A stretch of 64,000 nucleotides of DNA from Promethearchaeota archaeon (GCA_016840085.1 JAEOTA010000086.1:137130-201129), one strand, 5' to 3'. Positions 20,899 to 31,908 are shown, counted from the stretch's first letter. Notes: generated by a model not told the origin, from the sequence alone. Made by a program: numbers and translations.

Positions 20899-21411
20899 CT
20901 AAATCTTTAGATTTATAATAAAAGTTGATAAAATATTATCCTCATCAATATTTAAAGTCATAACACTAGGTCTTGCTATAGGTGTTTTAAATCCAGGTTT
21001 TTTAAATGGGGCTTTTGGTTTTGTAGGAGAACCAGGATTTAAAAGAAGAACATTATACTCTGTTCCTTTTATAAGTGGTCTATGAGTATGGCCATGAATT
21101 AATATATTTAAGTTATGCTTCTTTACAAATTCTTCAACATTCTCAGGTAATTTATGGATTACTCCTATATTATAACGCCCTACTATGAATTTAATGAAAT
21201 CTTCTAAATCTCTAATCTCATCAAAATATCCTTTTACACATCGAGTAGGAGCTATTTTATTTAGTTCATTTAGGAATATTTGAGAACAAACATCGCCAGC
21301 ATGAATTATTTCATCAACATCTTTAAAAACATTCTTTAATTTTACGATAAATTTATTTATTTTATCCTCCTCTTCATTAAAATGGGTATCTGATATAATT
21401 CCGATTTTCAT
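20899..21411 (-). CDS. YfcE/Vps29-family metallophosphoesterase
   Basis: ISDTH, HAGD, VKGYFDE, IGVIH, GHTH, NPGS. Confidence 0.88.
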   Translation of the reverse strand: MKIGIISDTHFNEEEDKINKFIVKLKNVFKDVDEIIHAGDVCSQIFLNELNKIAPTRCVKGYFDEIRDLEDFIKFIVGRYNIGVIHKLPENVEEFVKKHNLNILIHGHTHRPLIKGTEYNVLLLNPGSPTKPKAPFKKPGFKTPIARPSVMTLNIDEDNILSTFIINLKI

Positions 21412-21426
21412 TTAAATAACACACCG

Positions 21427-22500
21427 TTATATAGCAACCAACATACTCATTAAAAAAATTAGGATACCCATTATAATATCAATAAAATAACGGAAATATT
21501 TATCACCTTTAGTTTTCTCACTAGCTTCATCAATTTTAAAATAAGTTTTAAAAATTTGAAATCCTGTGTTAACGCCATCTTTTATCTTGGGAAATTGCCA
21601 AACTAGTAGCACAATACCAATGACCAATAACGGACAATAAAGATAAAGTGCAACAAGAGTAAAATCATTCTCTTGAATAAAACTCCAGATTGTATGAGCA
21701 GCAACTATATTATTTAATGTATGGGCGATTATAGCAGGAAAAATCCACTTTTTTTTTAATATAAATAACGAGAGAATTATTCCTATTAATAAAGCTTGTA
21801 AAAACCAAACAAATGGATACCAAAAGGGATACAATCTACTTACAGGATCAAGAAAATAAGCAAAGTGCCCTAATCCAAAAAAAATTGATGATATCATCAC
21901 TGCTGACATTATAAAAAAATATTCGCTACCTCTTTTTGCTATAAGGCCTCTGGAAATTGATTCTTCAGCAATAGATACTGAAATCTGGATAATGATTACA
22001 GAAATTAAAAATACAAAATAATTACTGGACACCAGATATATATTAGTGTTTTTTAGACTTAAAGCCAATGCTTGATATTCAATCATTTCTGGAATTAATA
22101 AATAAGTAAAAAAGTCTATAGGTAGAAAAACTAAAAAGAAAATTAATAATCCATATAAAATTTGATATTTATAATTTTTTTTTGTCATTTTAAATAACCT
22201 TAAATGCCCTATCGAAGGGGGGATATCTTCATCAATGATAACTTGCTTTTTTTGAGACTCAAATATTAAATTTGATAAATATAAGGTAAGTGGAATACCT
22301 ATGAAAATGAATATTGCCCTCAAACCATAAAATAAAATTCCATATAAAACTGATTCTTTATTTATAAGTAAGGGAACAACGAATATTGGAATAATTAACA
22401 GTAAAAATACAAAAATAAACATAAGCGCAACTTCATATATGAAAAATCTCAATCTATCAACTGCAATCTTTTTCTTTCCATAATAAACTCTAGAAACCAT
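21427..22500 (-). CDS. CPBP/Abi (CAAX protease, Rce1-like) intramembrane protease
   Basis: Multiple TM segments; AEESISRG, FGLGH, AHTLNN. Confidence 0.88.
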   Translation of the reverse strand: MVSRVYYGKKKIAVDRLRFFIYEVALMFIFVFLLLIIPIFVVPLLINKESVLYGILFYGLRAIFIFIGIPLTLYLSNLIFESQKKQVIIDEDIPPSIGHLRLFKMTKKNYKYQILYGLLIFFLVFLPIDFFTYLLIPEMIEYQALALSLKNTNIYLVSSNYFVFLISVIIIQISVSIAEESISRGLIAKRGSEYFFIMSAVMISSIFFGLGHFAYFLDPVSRLYPFWYPFVWFLQALLIGIILSLFILKKKWIFPAIIAHTLNNIVAAHTIWSFIQENDFTLVALYLYCPLLVIGIVLLVWQFPKIKDGVNTGFQIFKTYFKIDEASEKTKGDKYFRYFIDIIMGILIFLMSMLVAI

Positions 22501-22560
22501 TAATATTCACCTAAATTTGAATAAAAAATTATAAAATTGAAAAATTATAAACTTTTTTAT

Positions 22561-23523
22561 TTAAAAATTTGAAATAGCTTCTTTTAATTCTTTAATATTA
22601 GGAATACCATTTCTTGCCCCTAACTCTTGAATACATTTACCAGCAACAAAATTTCCAATTTTTGTATTATACCTAAGATTATTAAAATCGTACTTTAGGT
22701 TTTGTAAAAAACCATAAATAAATCCGGCGGAAAAAACATCTCCCGCTCCTGTTGTATCTACTATATTCTCAATTTTAATTGAAGGAATTAACACAGAATT
22801 TGATCGAGTAAATAATGATGCCCCGCATTCTCCTCTCGTTACTACAATAACCTTTATTCCTAAATTAGTAAGATTTTTCATTTGTGCTTCAATAATTTTT
22901 GAATCAAATTTTTTGATTTTAATCTTCATAAGTGTTGAGAATTCTCTTTGAGATAATATTAGAATATCGGTATTTTCAAGTAATTGTATAATATTATCAA
23001 AACCATAGTTAATTATTAACATTCCGGGGTTTAAAATAACTGGAATTCTATTTTTTCTTCCATATTTTGCAGCTTCTATGAATGGTTCTAGATTTTTCAA
23101 ACTACTTAAAAATATAACTTTTGTATGCATCAGTTCTTTTTCTAAAATATCTTTTTTTGATAAGTAATTAGCTGCTCCGCTATGTGCATAAATTCTCCGA
23201 TCCCCTTCTTTATTTAGAGCCACATAAGCACAACCTGTCTCTTTTTCTTTAGAATATTTAATTAATTCAGTGGATACTCGAAATTCTTTAAAATCTTGGA
23301 TGATTTTAGCTCTAAATGAATCTTCAAAACCCAATTTACCTAAAAAAGCAGAGGATAAACCTAATTTGGCGCAAACACATGCTGTATTAGCAGCAGCCCC
23401 TCCTGAAAATAAATTTAAATCAGATACAAAAACCTCATCATCATCTTCGGGATGTCTCTCAACTTGAGCGACAATATCAACTAAAGCTGCTCCTATGCAA
23501 ATAACGTCAAAATATTCAATCAT
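22561..23523 (-). CDS. PfkB-family carbohydrate/nucleoside kinase
   Basis: SGGAAANTA, DTTGAGDVFSAGF. Confidence 0.92.
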   Translation of the reverse strand: MIEYFDVICIGAALVDIVAQVERHPEDDDEVFVSDLNLFSGGAAANTACVCAKLGLSSAFLGKLGFEDSFRAKIIQDFKEFRVSTELIKYSKEKETGCAYVALNKEGDRRIYAHSGAANYLSKKDILEKELMHTKVIFLSSLKNLEPFIEAAKYGRKNRIPVILNPGMLIINYGFDNIIQLLENTDILILSQREFSTLMKIKIKKFDSKIIEAQMKNLTNLGIKVIVVTRGECGASLFTRSNSVLIPSIKIENIVDTTGAGDVFSAGFIYGFLQNLKYDFNNLRYNTKIGNFVAGKCIQELGARNGIPNIKELKEAISNF

Positions 23524-23534
23524 TTTATATTTTT

Positions 23535-24716
23535 CTAATTATATTTGAAAGAACCAAATTCTGAATTTATTTCAACAAGGTTTTTATTCTTAGATGCTGA
23601 TTTCTCGCAATGTCCGATAATTTTAGACTCTACATTGAACTTTTTAGCTATTCTTTGGATATCCTTAGCAATTGATTCTTCACAAAATAATTCCATTCTG
23701 TGCCCCATATTAAATACACTATACATTTCTTTCCATTGAGTTTCGGAAGAATTTTGTATTATTTCAAAAATTTTAGGAAGGGAAAATAAATTATTTTTAA
23801 CATAATTTATACCTTTACCATAATTCACGTTCTTAGTTTGCCCCCCTCCTGTATTATGTATTATTCCATGGATTTCTTTTCTATATCTTTTTAAAATCTC
23901 TGTTAAAATTGGGGCATATGTTCTCGTTGGTGATAATAGTGCTTTTCCAACCGATAAATTGATTTCTTTTATCATATCTGTCAGTTTATATTTACCAAAA
24001 AATACAAGCTTTTCATCAAGATTTTGATCATAGCATTCGGGATATTTTTCAAAATATTCGTGAGAGAGAGTGCCATGTCTTGCTAGTGTTAACCCATTAC
24101 TTCCAATTCCACTATTATATTCATCTTCATATAATGCCTTTCCAAAACTAGCAATACCAACAATCACATCATTACTTTTGATGTTTTTTACGTCAATTAC
24201 ATCTGATCTTTTCATGTTAGTGAATACAGAAGCATCTACCATGACGGTTTTGACGATATCTCCAACATCTGCAGTTTCGCCTCCACACATAATAACATTT
24301 AAGCCTAATTCACTCAATTTTTTACTATACTCATAATATTCATCAATAATCGTTGCTATAACTTCGCCAGAAATAAATTTACTATTCCTTCCAAGATTAT
24401 TAGATAAAAACATACATCCTGTCGCACCAACGCATAATATATCATCAATATTCATTATGATTGCATCTCGGACGACTCCTCTAAAAATGTCCATATCACC
24501 AGTTTCTCTAAAATACATATAGGCTAAACTTGATTTAGTTCCTGCTCCATCTGCATGGAAGATAGAACAATAATCCTTCCTGTCGTTTACATCTTCTACA
24601 ATCTTACAAAATGATCCTGGAAAAATTCCTTTATCAAACTTTTCAATTGCTTTATGAACATCTTTTTTTTTAGATGATACACCCAATTGAGAATAAATAT
24701 TATCGTTTTCGCCCAT
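23535..24716 (-). CDS. purM: AIR synthetase (phosphoribosylformylglycinamidine cyclo-ligase)
   Basis: HADGAGTK, MNIDD, GGETADV, GIGSNG, HNTGGG, FNMGH. Confidence 0.92.
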   Translation of the reverse strand: MGENDNIYSQLGVSSKKKDVHKAIEKFDKGIFPGSFCKIVEDVNDRKDYCSIFHADGAGTKSSLAYMYFRETGDMDIFRGVVRDAIIMNIDDILCVGATGCMFLSNNLGRNSKFISGEVIATIIDEYYEYSKKLSELGLNVIMCGGETADVGDIVKTVMVDASVFTNMKRSDVIDVKNIKSNDVIVGIASFGKALYEDEYNSGIGSNGLTLARHGTLSHEYFEKYPECYDQNLDEKLVFFGKYKLTDMIKEINLSVGKALLSPTRTYAPILTEILKRYRKEIHGIIHNTGGGQTKNVNYGKGINYVKNNLFSLPKIFEIIQNSSETQWKEMYSVFNMGHRMELFCEESIAKDIQRIAKKFNVESKIIGHCEKSASKNKNLVEINSEFGSFKYN

Positions 24717-24724
24717 AATTTCAA

Positions 24725-26083
24725 TTATAATTTATGTTTCTCTTTTAAATTTTTAAGTAAATTTTCAGTTTGCTCAAGTGCTTTTCCAATATAGTTATAA
24801 GGATTGAATAGCTCTTCTAATTCTTTTTTTGAAAATAACTTTTTAATTTGCTCATTCTCAAATAAAATATCTTTCATAAATCTATTTTCATTCCTGGCTT
24901 TTATTGCAGCTTGTCTTAAAATTTCATGCCCTTCCTGTCTTCCTATCCCTTTATTTACTAATTTTATCATCGCTTTTTCAGTTAAGCATGCACCTTTAGT
25001 AAGATTAAGATTTTCCTCGATATTATCTTCATTGAATTCAATTCCTCTAAGATTTTGGGTTAATTGGTTAATCATATAATCTAATAATATGAAATTTTCT
25101 GCAAAAATTATTCTTTCCGATGCCGAATTTGTTATATCCCTTTCATCTTCTAAAATTATATTATCTAAAGCAGGAATAACGTTAGATTTCAGGATCCTTG
25201 CTAAACTACATATTCTTTCTGATTTATGGGGATTTCTTTTATGAGGCATTGTTGAGCTACCTACTTGATCTTTTTTAAAAGGCTCAAACATTTCTGCTAT
25301 TTCATTTCTTTGTAAAACTCTATTTTCTCTCGCGATTTTTGCTAATGACTGTCCGATTAATGCAGTTACGAGAATTACTTCAGCATGTCTATCTCTTTGA
25401 ATAATTTGATTTGCAATCAGTACAGGATTTAAGTTAAGAGTCTTCATTAATTTTTTTTGTATTTGAATTCCTTTATCATCAAAGCTAGCCATAGTTCCAA
25501 CAGCTCCTGACATTTTACCAAATGATATGCGATCTAATACTTCAGAAATTCTATCAAGATGTCTATCTATTTCATATGCCCATACCCCAAACCTCATACC
25601 GTATGTAGTAGGAACTGCATGTTGCCCATGTGTTCTCCCAATACAAACTAATTTCTTTTTTTCTTCAGTAATCTTTATTAATTCAGCTAATAAATCCATT
25701 AATGATTCTTTAATATGAAGTAATGCCTCTTTTAATTGTAAAGCTGTGGCAGTATCTTCAATATCATAACTGGTTGCTCCAAGATGAACATATTTACCAG
25801 CATCACCCTCACATTGTTCTGACAAAGCTTTAACCATTGCCATTAAATCATGATGAATTTCAAGATCAATTTCTTTTACTCTTTCTAATTTTACATAATT
25901 AATATTAGCTTTTTTAGTGATCTCCTGAGCAATTTTTTCAGGGAAATTTCCCAAATCTGCATGAACTTGAGCTAATGCTGCTTCTACTTTCATCCAGTTT
26001 TCTAGCTTCTTCTCCTCAGTGAATAGAGTCGCTATACCAGTTCGATAACGTGTTTCTATAGGGTGAATAAATTTATGATCCAT
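24725..26083 (-). CDS. purB: Adenylosuccinate lyase
   Basis: HHD, HLGATSYD, GRTHGQHA, GSSTMPHKRNP. Confidence 0.96.
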   Translation of the reverse strand: MDHKFIHPIETRYRTGIATLFTEEKKLENWMKVEAALAQVHADLGNFPEKIAQEITKKANINYVKLERVKEIDLEIHHDLMAMVKALSEQCEGDAGKYVHLGATSYDIEDTATALQLKEALLHIKESLMDLLAELIKITEEKKKLVCIGRTHGQHAVPTTYGMRFGVWAYEIDRHLDRISEVLDRISFGKMSGAVGTMASFDDKGIQIQKKLMKTLNLNPVLIANQIIQRDRHAEVILVTALIGQSLAKIARENRVLQRNEIAEMFEPFKKDQVGSSTMPHKRNPHKSERICSLARILKSNVIPALDNIILEDERDITNSASERIIFAENFILLDYMINQLTQNLRGIEFNEDNIEENLNLTKGACLTEKAMIKLVNKGIGRQEGHEILRQAAIKARNENRFMKDILFENEQIKKLFSKKELEELFNPYNYIGKALEQTENLLKNLKEKHKL

Positions 26084-26349
26084 ATTATCTTTCTTCTTCT
26101 TTTAATTAATACTTAAAATAATGATTCATCAAAACATATATCTTATTTTATTAGGGAAAAAATAATTTCAATTTGGTTTAAACAAATTTTTTCATGTTAT
26201 AATTAGATATAATTAATGAAACCGTTCAAATTGGTTTTTTCCTTTTTCATCAATATATTTTTTTTTCAAATCTAATAAATTAATAAAAAAATTAGAAAAT
26301 TTTTTGACCACTATGAATTATATCATTAAGGTGATTTATTAGTTGTTGT

Positions 26350-26547
26350 ATGAGTACTGGGCAAAAATTCTTCTTTTTTAGATGCTCCCATTGCGGTGAA
26401 TGGTATTATACGAATCGAATAATTAAGGTTAAGAAATGCTGGAAGTGCAATCATTCCTTCTTATTTAAAAACGCCTCTAAATTCTCTAAGATATGCTCTA
26501 TGAATGGTGCAATCGCAATTATTAAACAGCTTAAGAATAGACTATAA
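26350..26547 (+). CDS. Small Zn-ribbon protein (DUF1922-like)
   Basis: FRCSHCG...KKCWKCN. Confidence 0.65.
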   Translation: MSTGQKFFFFRCSHCGEWYYTNRIIKVKKCWKCNHSFLFKNASKFSKICSMNGAIAIIKQLKNRL

Positions 26548-26693
26548 ATATTTATTTTGAAATTAAGTGGCAATTTAGAAATTTATTTAAAAAACAAAAG
26601 TATTTAGCTATTCTTCCACAATTCTTTTATGGTAAATTATTAAACAATACACTATTCCTTTATAAATAAATAATAAATTGAAAAAAAATCAAA

Positions 26694-28145
26694 ATGGAGA
26701 TAACTGATAATCTAAATGAAATAGATGAAACACTAATTAAAGATTTAAATAATATTGCTCACGATAAAGTTGATTATTGGGATATTAGAGCAGGCGTACA
26801 TCAAGGAATCACATTAGATTTTACAGATCAAAGAAGTAAAGAAATCTCCTCTTATGAAATAACTGAATGTGGGTTAAGAGCTTTCTATAATGGGGGTTGG
26901 GGTTTTTATGTTTTAAAAGATCTGAATAGAAAAACTATAACTGATGGATTTTTAAAAGTAACAAAATTAGCTAGATTATCAGAATCTCTATGTAAGAATA
27001 AATTTAAAATAAAGAATTGTGATCCCTTAATTCAGAATTTTAAAATCGATTGTAAAAAGAAATTAGAAGATATCGATATTAAAGATAAAATAAAGCTTGT
27101 AAAATATCACGAAAAAACTGCTGTTGGCCATTCTTCAAAAATAAAAAATACACATACTATATATCTTGATGGTCATACTCTAAACAAGTTTATTAATTCC
27201 TATGGAAGTGATATTTCACAAGATTTATCTTTTATTAGGATTTTTTGTTCTGTTTATGCACAAGAGAAGGGAATTATCCAAAGGTCCATAAATTCTACAG
27301 GAGGAATAGGAGGTTTTGAAATAACCCAGACAGAAAAAGCTGAAAATTTGAGTTTAAAGACAGCCCAAGAAGCAGTTGATTTATTAAAGGCAAAATCGCC
27401 AATTGGAGGTAAATTTACCATTATAACTGATCCCAAATTAACAGGAACCATAATGCATGAAGCATTCGGTCATGCATGTGAGGCAGATTTAGTTTTAAAC
27501 AATGAGAGTATACTAAAAGATAAACTTGGTGAAAAAGTTGCTTCTGAAGAAGTTACATTTGTAGATGATCCTACAATGGGCTATGGAAAAAAATTCAATC
27601 TACCCTATGAATTGTTTGGAAGTTACTATATAGATGATGAGGGAATTCCATCCCAAAAGACTTTTATTATCGAAAATGGAGTATTACAAAATTTTTTACA
27701 TAATTTGGAAACATCTTCAAGAATGAAAGTAATCCCAAATGGACATGGAAGGGCTTCTTCAAATTCTTCAAGACCCCAAGTAAGGATGGGTTTTACATTT
27801 TTAGAGCCAAGAGACTGGAATGTTGAAGAAATAATTGAAGATACTAAAAATGGGATTCTTTGCGAAGATTTTCAATATGGTTATACAGACCCATCAACAG
27901 GAAATTTTCAATTTAAATGTAAATTTTCATATAAGATTAAAAATGGTGAAAAGAAAGAACTGATGAGAGATGTCGCGCTAGCGGGAATGATTCTTGAAGC
28001 TCTAAATAACATTTCAGCAATAGGTAATAAACAATCTTTTAATTACTCTGATGGCATGTGTGGAAAAGGAGGTCAAAGTGTAAGGGTATGTGATGGTGGA
28101 CCTTATATTCGTATAGATGATGTTACAGTTGGAGGTTTAAACTGA
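26694..28145 (+). CDS. tldD: TldD-family metalloprotease
   Basis: HEAFGHACEAD, DDEG, NGHGRA, CGKGGQ, GGP. Confidence 0.93.
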   Translation: MEITDNLNEIDETLIKDLNNIAHDKVDYWDIRAGVHQGITLDFTDQRSKEISSYEITECGLRAFYNGGWGFYVLKDLNRKTITDGFLKVTKLARLSESLCKNKFKIKNCDPLIQNFKIDCKKKLEDIDIKDKIKLVKYHEKTAVGHSSKIKNTHTIYLDGHTLNKFINSYGSDISQDLSFIRIFCSVYAQEKGIIQRSINSTGGIGGFEITQTEKAENLSLKTAQEAVDLLKAKSPIGGKFTIITDPKLTGTIMHEAFGHACEADLVLNNESILKDKLGEKVASEEVTFVDDPTMGYGKKFNLPYELFGSYYIDDEGIPSQKTFIIENGVLQNFLHNLETSSRMKVIPNGHGRASSNSSRPQVRMGFTFLEPRDWNVEEIIEDTKNGILCEDFQYGYTDPSTGNFQFKCKFSYKIKNGEKKELMRDVALAGMILEALNNISAIGNKQSFNYSDGMCGKGGQSVRVCDGGPYIRIDDVTVGGLN

Positions 28146-29522
28146 ATGGAACAGAATTCTGATCCATACCAACTAGCTCATTATGGGTTGAAATTAATTG
28201 GAAAAAAATCATCAGAGATTAAATGTGCGGAAATTTTCTTTGAGAAAAATAGATATGTTAATATTGAAATTGAAGAGAATTCAATAAAAAATAGTGAACT
28301 CGGAGAAGATTTTGGATTTTCAATTAGAGTTATCAATACAAAAGGCTCATTGGGATTTGCTTTTACTAATAAAATTGAGAAAAAAGCTATGGAGAAAATT
28401 TTAGATTTTTCAATTAAGATGATGAGAGCCGGGACGGTGGATCCTGATTTTCGGAATTTGCCTGATTCTATAAATAAATATCCCGTCATTAAGGATTTGT
28501 TTGATAAAAATATAAAGAATTTACAAATAAAAGACTCAATAAACTTTGTTAAAGATTTAATAAAAGTATGTGAAGAAGATCAATTAGCTATATCTCAGAC
28601 TGGCAGTTTTATATCAAATTATTCAAAGACTTATATTTTTAATTCTAATGGTTTAGAAGTATCTGGAAAGGATACAAGCTGTTCAGTGTCTTCACATATT
28701 ATTGTTAAAGATAAAATAAGTAAAGACACTTCATTTGGGTATGAATGGCAATCAGAAAGAAATCTTAAAAACATAAATTCTACTGAAACAGCAAAAAATG
28801 CTTTAGAAGATGCGAAAAAAAACCTAAATCGGAAAAAAATAAGAAATATGAAAGTTCCCTTAATTTTAACTCCTAAAGGCACAATAAATTTAATTTTAAG
28901 ACCAATAGCTTCAGCTTTAAATGCAGAAACTTTTCAACATAAAAGATGTTTTCTCTTTGACAAAAGAGATGAAATTATAGGTTCACAATACTTAAATATT
29001 GAAGATAATGGATTAATAGATGGAGCTATTGGATCATCTATTTTTGATGGTGAAGGAGTTCCCTGTAAAAATAAAAAAATTTTCACTGAAGGAAAACTAT
29101 TAAAGACTGGATTATTACATAATAGTTATACTGCTGGAAAAGAATCTGTTGAAAGTACGGGTAATGCCTCTCGAAATTCTTATAGCTCTATTCCCTCTAT
29201 TGGGATATCAAATTTCATTATGAAAATGGGTGATATAAGTATTAAGGAAATAATCGGAGATTTAAAAGAAGCAATTATTTTAGACTATACTGGAGATTCA
29301 CCTAATATAACTACTGGTGATTTTTCTGGCTTGATACTTCATGGAAACATAATTAAAAATGGAGAAATTAAGAACCCTTTAAATGAGACTATGATAGGGA
29401 TTAATCTAATGGATTTATTTCAAAAAATAGATGCTGTTTCTAAAGAAATGAAGATATATGGCTCCTTTCAAGCCCCATATGTTAAAGTAAAAGATGTGCA
29501 AATTATTGGTGGAGCAAACTGA
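28146..29522 (+). CDS. pmbA: PmbA/TldE-family protein
   Basis: FDGEG, STGNA, TGDFS; directly follows tldD. Confidence 0.9.
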   Translation: MEQNSDPYQLAHYGLKLIGKKSSEIKCAEIFFEKNRYVNIEIEENSIKNSELGEDFGFSIRVINTKGSLGFAFTNKIEKKAMEKILDFSIKMMRAGTVDPDFRNLPDSINKYPVIKDLFDKNIKNLQIKDSINFVKDLIKVCEEDQLAISQTGSFISNYSKTYIFNSNGLEVSGKDTSCSVSSHIIVKDKISKDTSFGYEWQSERNLKNINSTETAKNALEDAKKNLNRKKIRNMKVPLILTPKGTINLILRPIASALNAETFQHKRCFLFDKRDEIIGSQYLNIEDNGLIDGAIGSSIFDGEGVPCKNKKIFTEGKLLKTGLLHNSYTAGKESVESTGNASRNSYSSIPSIGISNFIMKMGDISIKEIIGDLKEAIILDYTGDSPNITTGDFSGLILHGNIIKNGEIKNPLNETMIGINLMDLFQKIDAVSKEMKIYGSFQAPYVKVKDVQIIGGAN

Positions 29523-29579
29523 AGAAAAAGCAAAATAAAGAAAACAAGTTCACAGAAAGCAAATAAAATATCTAGGAAA

Positions 29580-30122
29580 TTAAGCAGTAATATTTAATCT
29601 GAGATAGACATTATTATAGAATTTTATTAAACTTTCCTTACTAATTTGCCATAATTCAGTAATTATTAATTGATTTTCACCTATTTCTGAGAACGAGATG
29701 TTTAATTGTTCAGAAATCCAATTATCCTTATTTTTTAATGTAAAATTACCAATTATAAAGGCTAATGTACCATTTGACTCCGTTGAGCTAGTTAATATGG
29801 TATTGTTATTACCTTTTTTAATTCTAAATTGAAATAAAAAATCTCTATTTAAGTGATTTCCAACAGAAACATAAAAAAAAATAGTCTCATTAACAGATGC
29901 TTTAGTTGGATAGTTTTCTGCTCGTTTGTTTTCATTTAATATCCCCAATGTGACATAACCTGGTTCAGGATTTAAAACATAGTAAATAATAAAACCTGAA
30001 ACAATTGTTATTCCCAGAATTAAAGAAATTTTAAGCAATGCATCAAAATGTCTATAACTAGCATTTTGGTTAGTCTGTTTCTTATAATTATAAATTTTCG
30101 TCATTATCTTTAAACCACGCAA
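29580..30122 (-). CDS. DUF1616-like membrane-anchored protein
   Basis: Single N-terminal TM; LGILNENKRAENYP, VGNH, VYLRLNIT. Confidence 0.65.
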   Translation of the reverse strand: MRGLKIMTKIYNYKKQTNQNASYRHFDALLKISLILGITIVSGFIIYYVLNPEPGYVTLGILNENKRAENYPTKASVNETIFFYVSVGNHLNRDFLFQFRIKKGNNNTILTSSTESNGTLAFIIGNFTLKNKDNWISEQLNISFSEIGENQLIITELWQISKESLIKFYNNVYLRLNITA

Positions 30123-31158
30123 TAGTTTTTTTTAATCCTTCCTCTAGTGGTGTTGTTGGTTCCCAATTTAATATTTCCTTTGCCAATGTTATATCTGGGC
30201 ATCTACGTGAAGGATCATCAATAGGTAGCGATTTAAATACTATTTTTGAATTAGAATTTGTAAGTTTTTTTATTATATTCGCCAATTCTAATACTGTATA
30301 TTCGTTATTATTACCTAAATTTATTACTTCTCCAATTGCTTGATCCTTATATACTGTCTTAAGAATTCCTTCAATCTCATCCACAACATAGGTAAATGAT
30401 CTAGTTTGAGAACCATCTCCAAAAACAGTTATATCTTCATCATGGAGAGCTTGGTGTATAAAGTTAGGAATCACTCTTCCAAATTCAGGACCATGACGTA
30501 TTCTAGGTCCTGAAGTATTGAAAATTCTTAAAATTTTTGTTCTTAATTTGTGTTGAAGCTCATATGCTTTTACAAATGCCTCTCCAGCTCTTTTAGACTC
30601 ATCATAGCAGCTTCTGGGTCCAACAGGATTTACATACCCAAAATAACTTTCCGGTGTAGGTACAACGTCCCTTGGGGGATTTCCATATACTTCAGACGTA
30701 CTTGTATAAAAGAAGATTGCATTATGATGTTTTGCAATCCCTAAAGAATTTAATGTGCCTAATGTGTTACTTCTTAAAATATCTATAGGGTTATCCCTAA
30801 ATTCAAAAGGAGAAGCTCTACTTGCCATATGCATAACTATATCAATTTTTTTAACATCACCTACACATATGCCTAAGGGATGATAGCTCATTCCCCAATA
30901 TATTGGGTAGGATATGTCATGATTAATAAATCGAAAATTATCCCTGTCCATTAAATGCAAGATATTTTCAAAACGACCAGATGAGAGATTATCTAAACAC
31001 ACACAGTATGCATTTTGTTCTATCAAAACATCACAGATCCATGAACCAAGAAAACCTGCTCCTCCTGTCACCAAAATTGTTTTCTCTTCAAAAGAAATAC
31101 CTTCTTTTTTGAGGCGTGATTCAATCTCTTTAACATCCTCAAGCAAATTGTAATGCAT
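30088..31158 (-). CDS. UDP-glucuronate decarboxylase-like NAD-dependent epimerase/dehydratase
   Basis: VTGGAGFLG, HMASRASP, TSTSEVYG, YDESKR, GSQTRSF, DDPSRRCPDI. Confidence 0.92.
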   Translation of the reverse strand: MHYNLLEDVKEIESRLKKEGISFEEKTILVTGGAGFLGSWICDVLIEQNAYCVCLDNLSSGRFENILHLMDRDNFRFINHDISYPIYWGMSYHPLGICVGDVKKIDIVMHMASRASPFEFRDNPIDILRSNTLGTLNSLGIAKHHNAIFFYTSTSEVYGNPPRDVVPTPESYFGYVNPVGPRSCYDESKRAGEAFVKAYELQHKLRTKILRIFNTSGPRIRHGPEFGRVIPNFIHQALHDEDITVFGDGSQTRSFTYVVDEIEGILKTVYKDQAIGEVINLGNNNEYTVLELANIIKKLTNSNSKIVFKSLPIDDPSRRCPDITLAKEILNWEPTTPLEEGLKKTIAWFKDNDENL

Positions 31159-31323
31159 TTATAATACCTATTGGTGTTTATCAGTATATTTCTTCTTATT
31201 TACTTTTTTAAATAAAGTTTTCTTTAAGATTAACTCTTTTTTCAAAAATCAAAATATAAGAAATAATCTTAACTTTAGAATTAGAAAAGAGGACATATTA
31301 GAAAATATAAATTATTGAATTAA

Positions 31324-31908
31324 TTAATCAGTTTTGGATCCACAATATTGACAAAATTTTAATTCTAATGGATAATGTTTTCCGCAATTAGGGCATTTTT
31401 TTAGTGAATTCTTAAGAATTTCCCTCCCTAACATTTCAAAAGCTTTTTCTACATTTTCACCTGTTTTTGAGGATGTACCAAGCATATCTCCTTTAAATTT
31501 AAACTTTTCAAATATTTCTAAAGCATCTTCTCTTTTCACTTTTCTTTTTAAATCAATTTTAGCTTCAATTAATATTTTTGTTTTAGGAGAATTTGGAACA
31601 GAAGAGATAACGTTTATCCAATCATAGAGATCATTTAAAGAATCTTTATTTGACACATCGTATAACATTAAAGCTCCAGACGCACCAGATACATAAGAAG
31701 GGAATAAAAGTCGGAATTTCTTTTCTCCAGCAAAATCCCAAATATTTAGAAGTATTTCTGTATCATCAACCACTACTTTTTTCGTTTCAAAATCAACACC
31801 AATAGTTGATAATGTAGATATTTCGAATTTACCTGTTGCATACCGGCGGATTAAACTTGTCTTGCCTACATTTTTAGCTCCAGCAACAACAACTTTAAAT
31901 TTTATCAT
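31324..31908 (-). CDS. Rab/Ras-like small GTPase with a C-terminal Zn ribbon
   Basis: G1 GAKNVGKTS, STIGVDF, G3 WDFAGE, G4 AKID, G5 TSSK; tail CPNC...CQYC. Confidence 0.92.
   Translation of the reverse strand: MIKFKVVVAGAKNVGKTSLIRRYATGKFEISTLSTIGVDFETKKVVVDDTEILLNIWDFAGEKKFRLLFPSYVSGASGALMLYDVSNKDSLNDLYDWINVISSVPNSPKTKILIEAKIDLKRKVKREDALEIFEKFKFKGDMLGTSSKTGENVEKAFEMLGREILKNSLKKCPNCGKHYPLELKFCQYCGSKTD

Noticed and set aside
28140-28148. tldD TGA immediately followed in frame by the pmbA ATG (possible read-through fusion)
   Set aside because: The TGA lies at the normal TldD C-terminus, not at a conserved Cys position. Translational coupling explains it.
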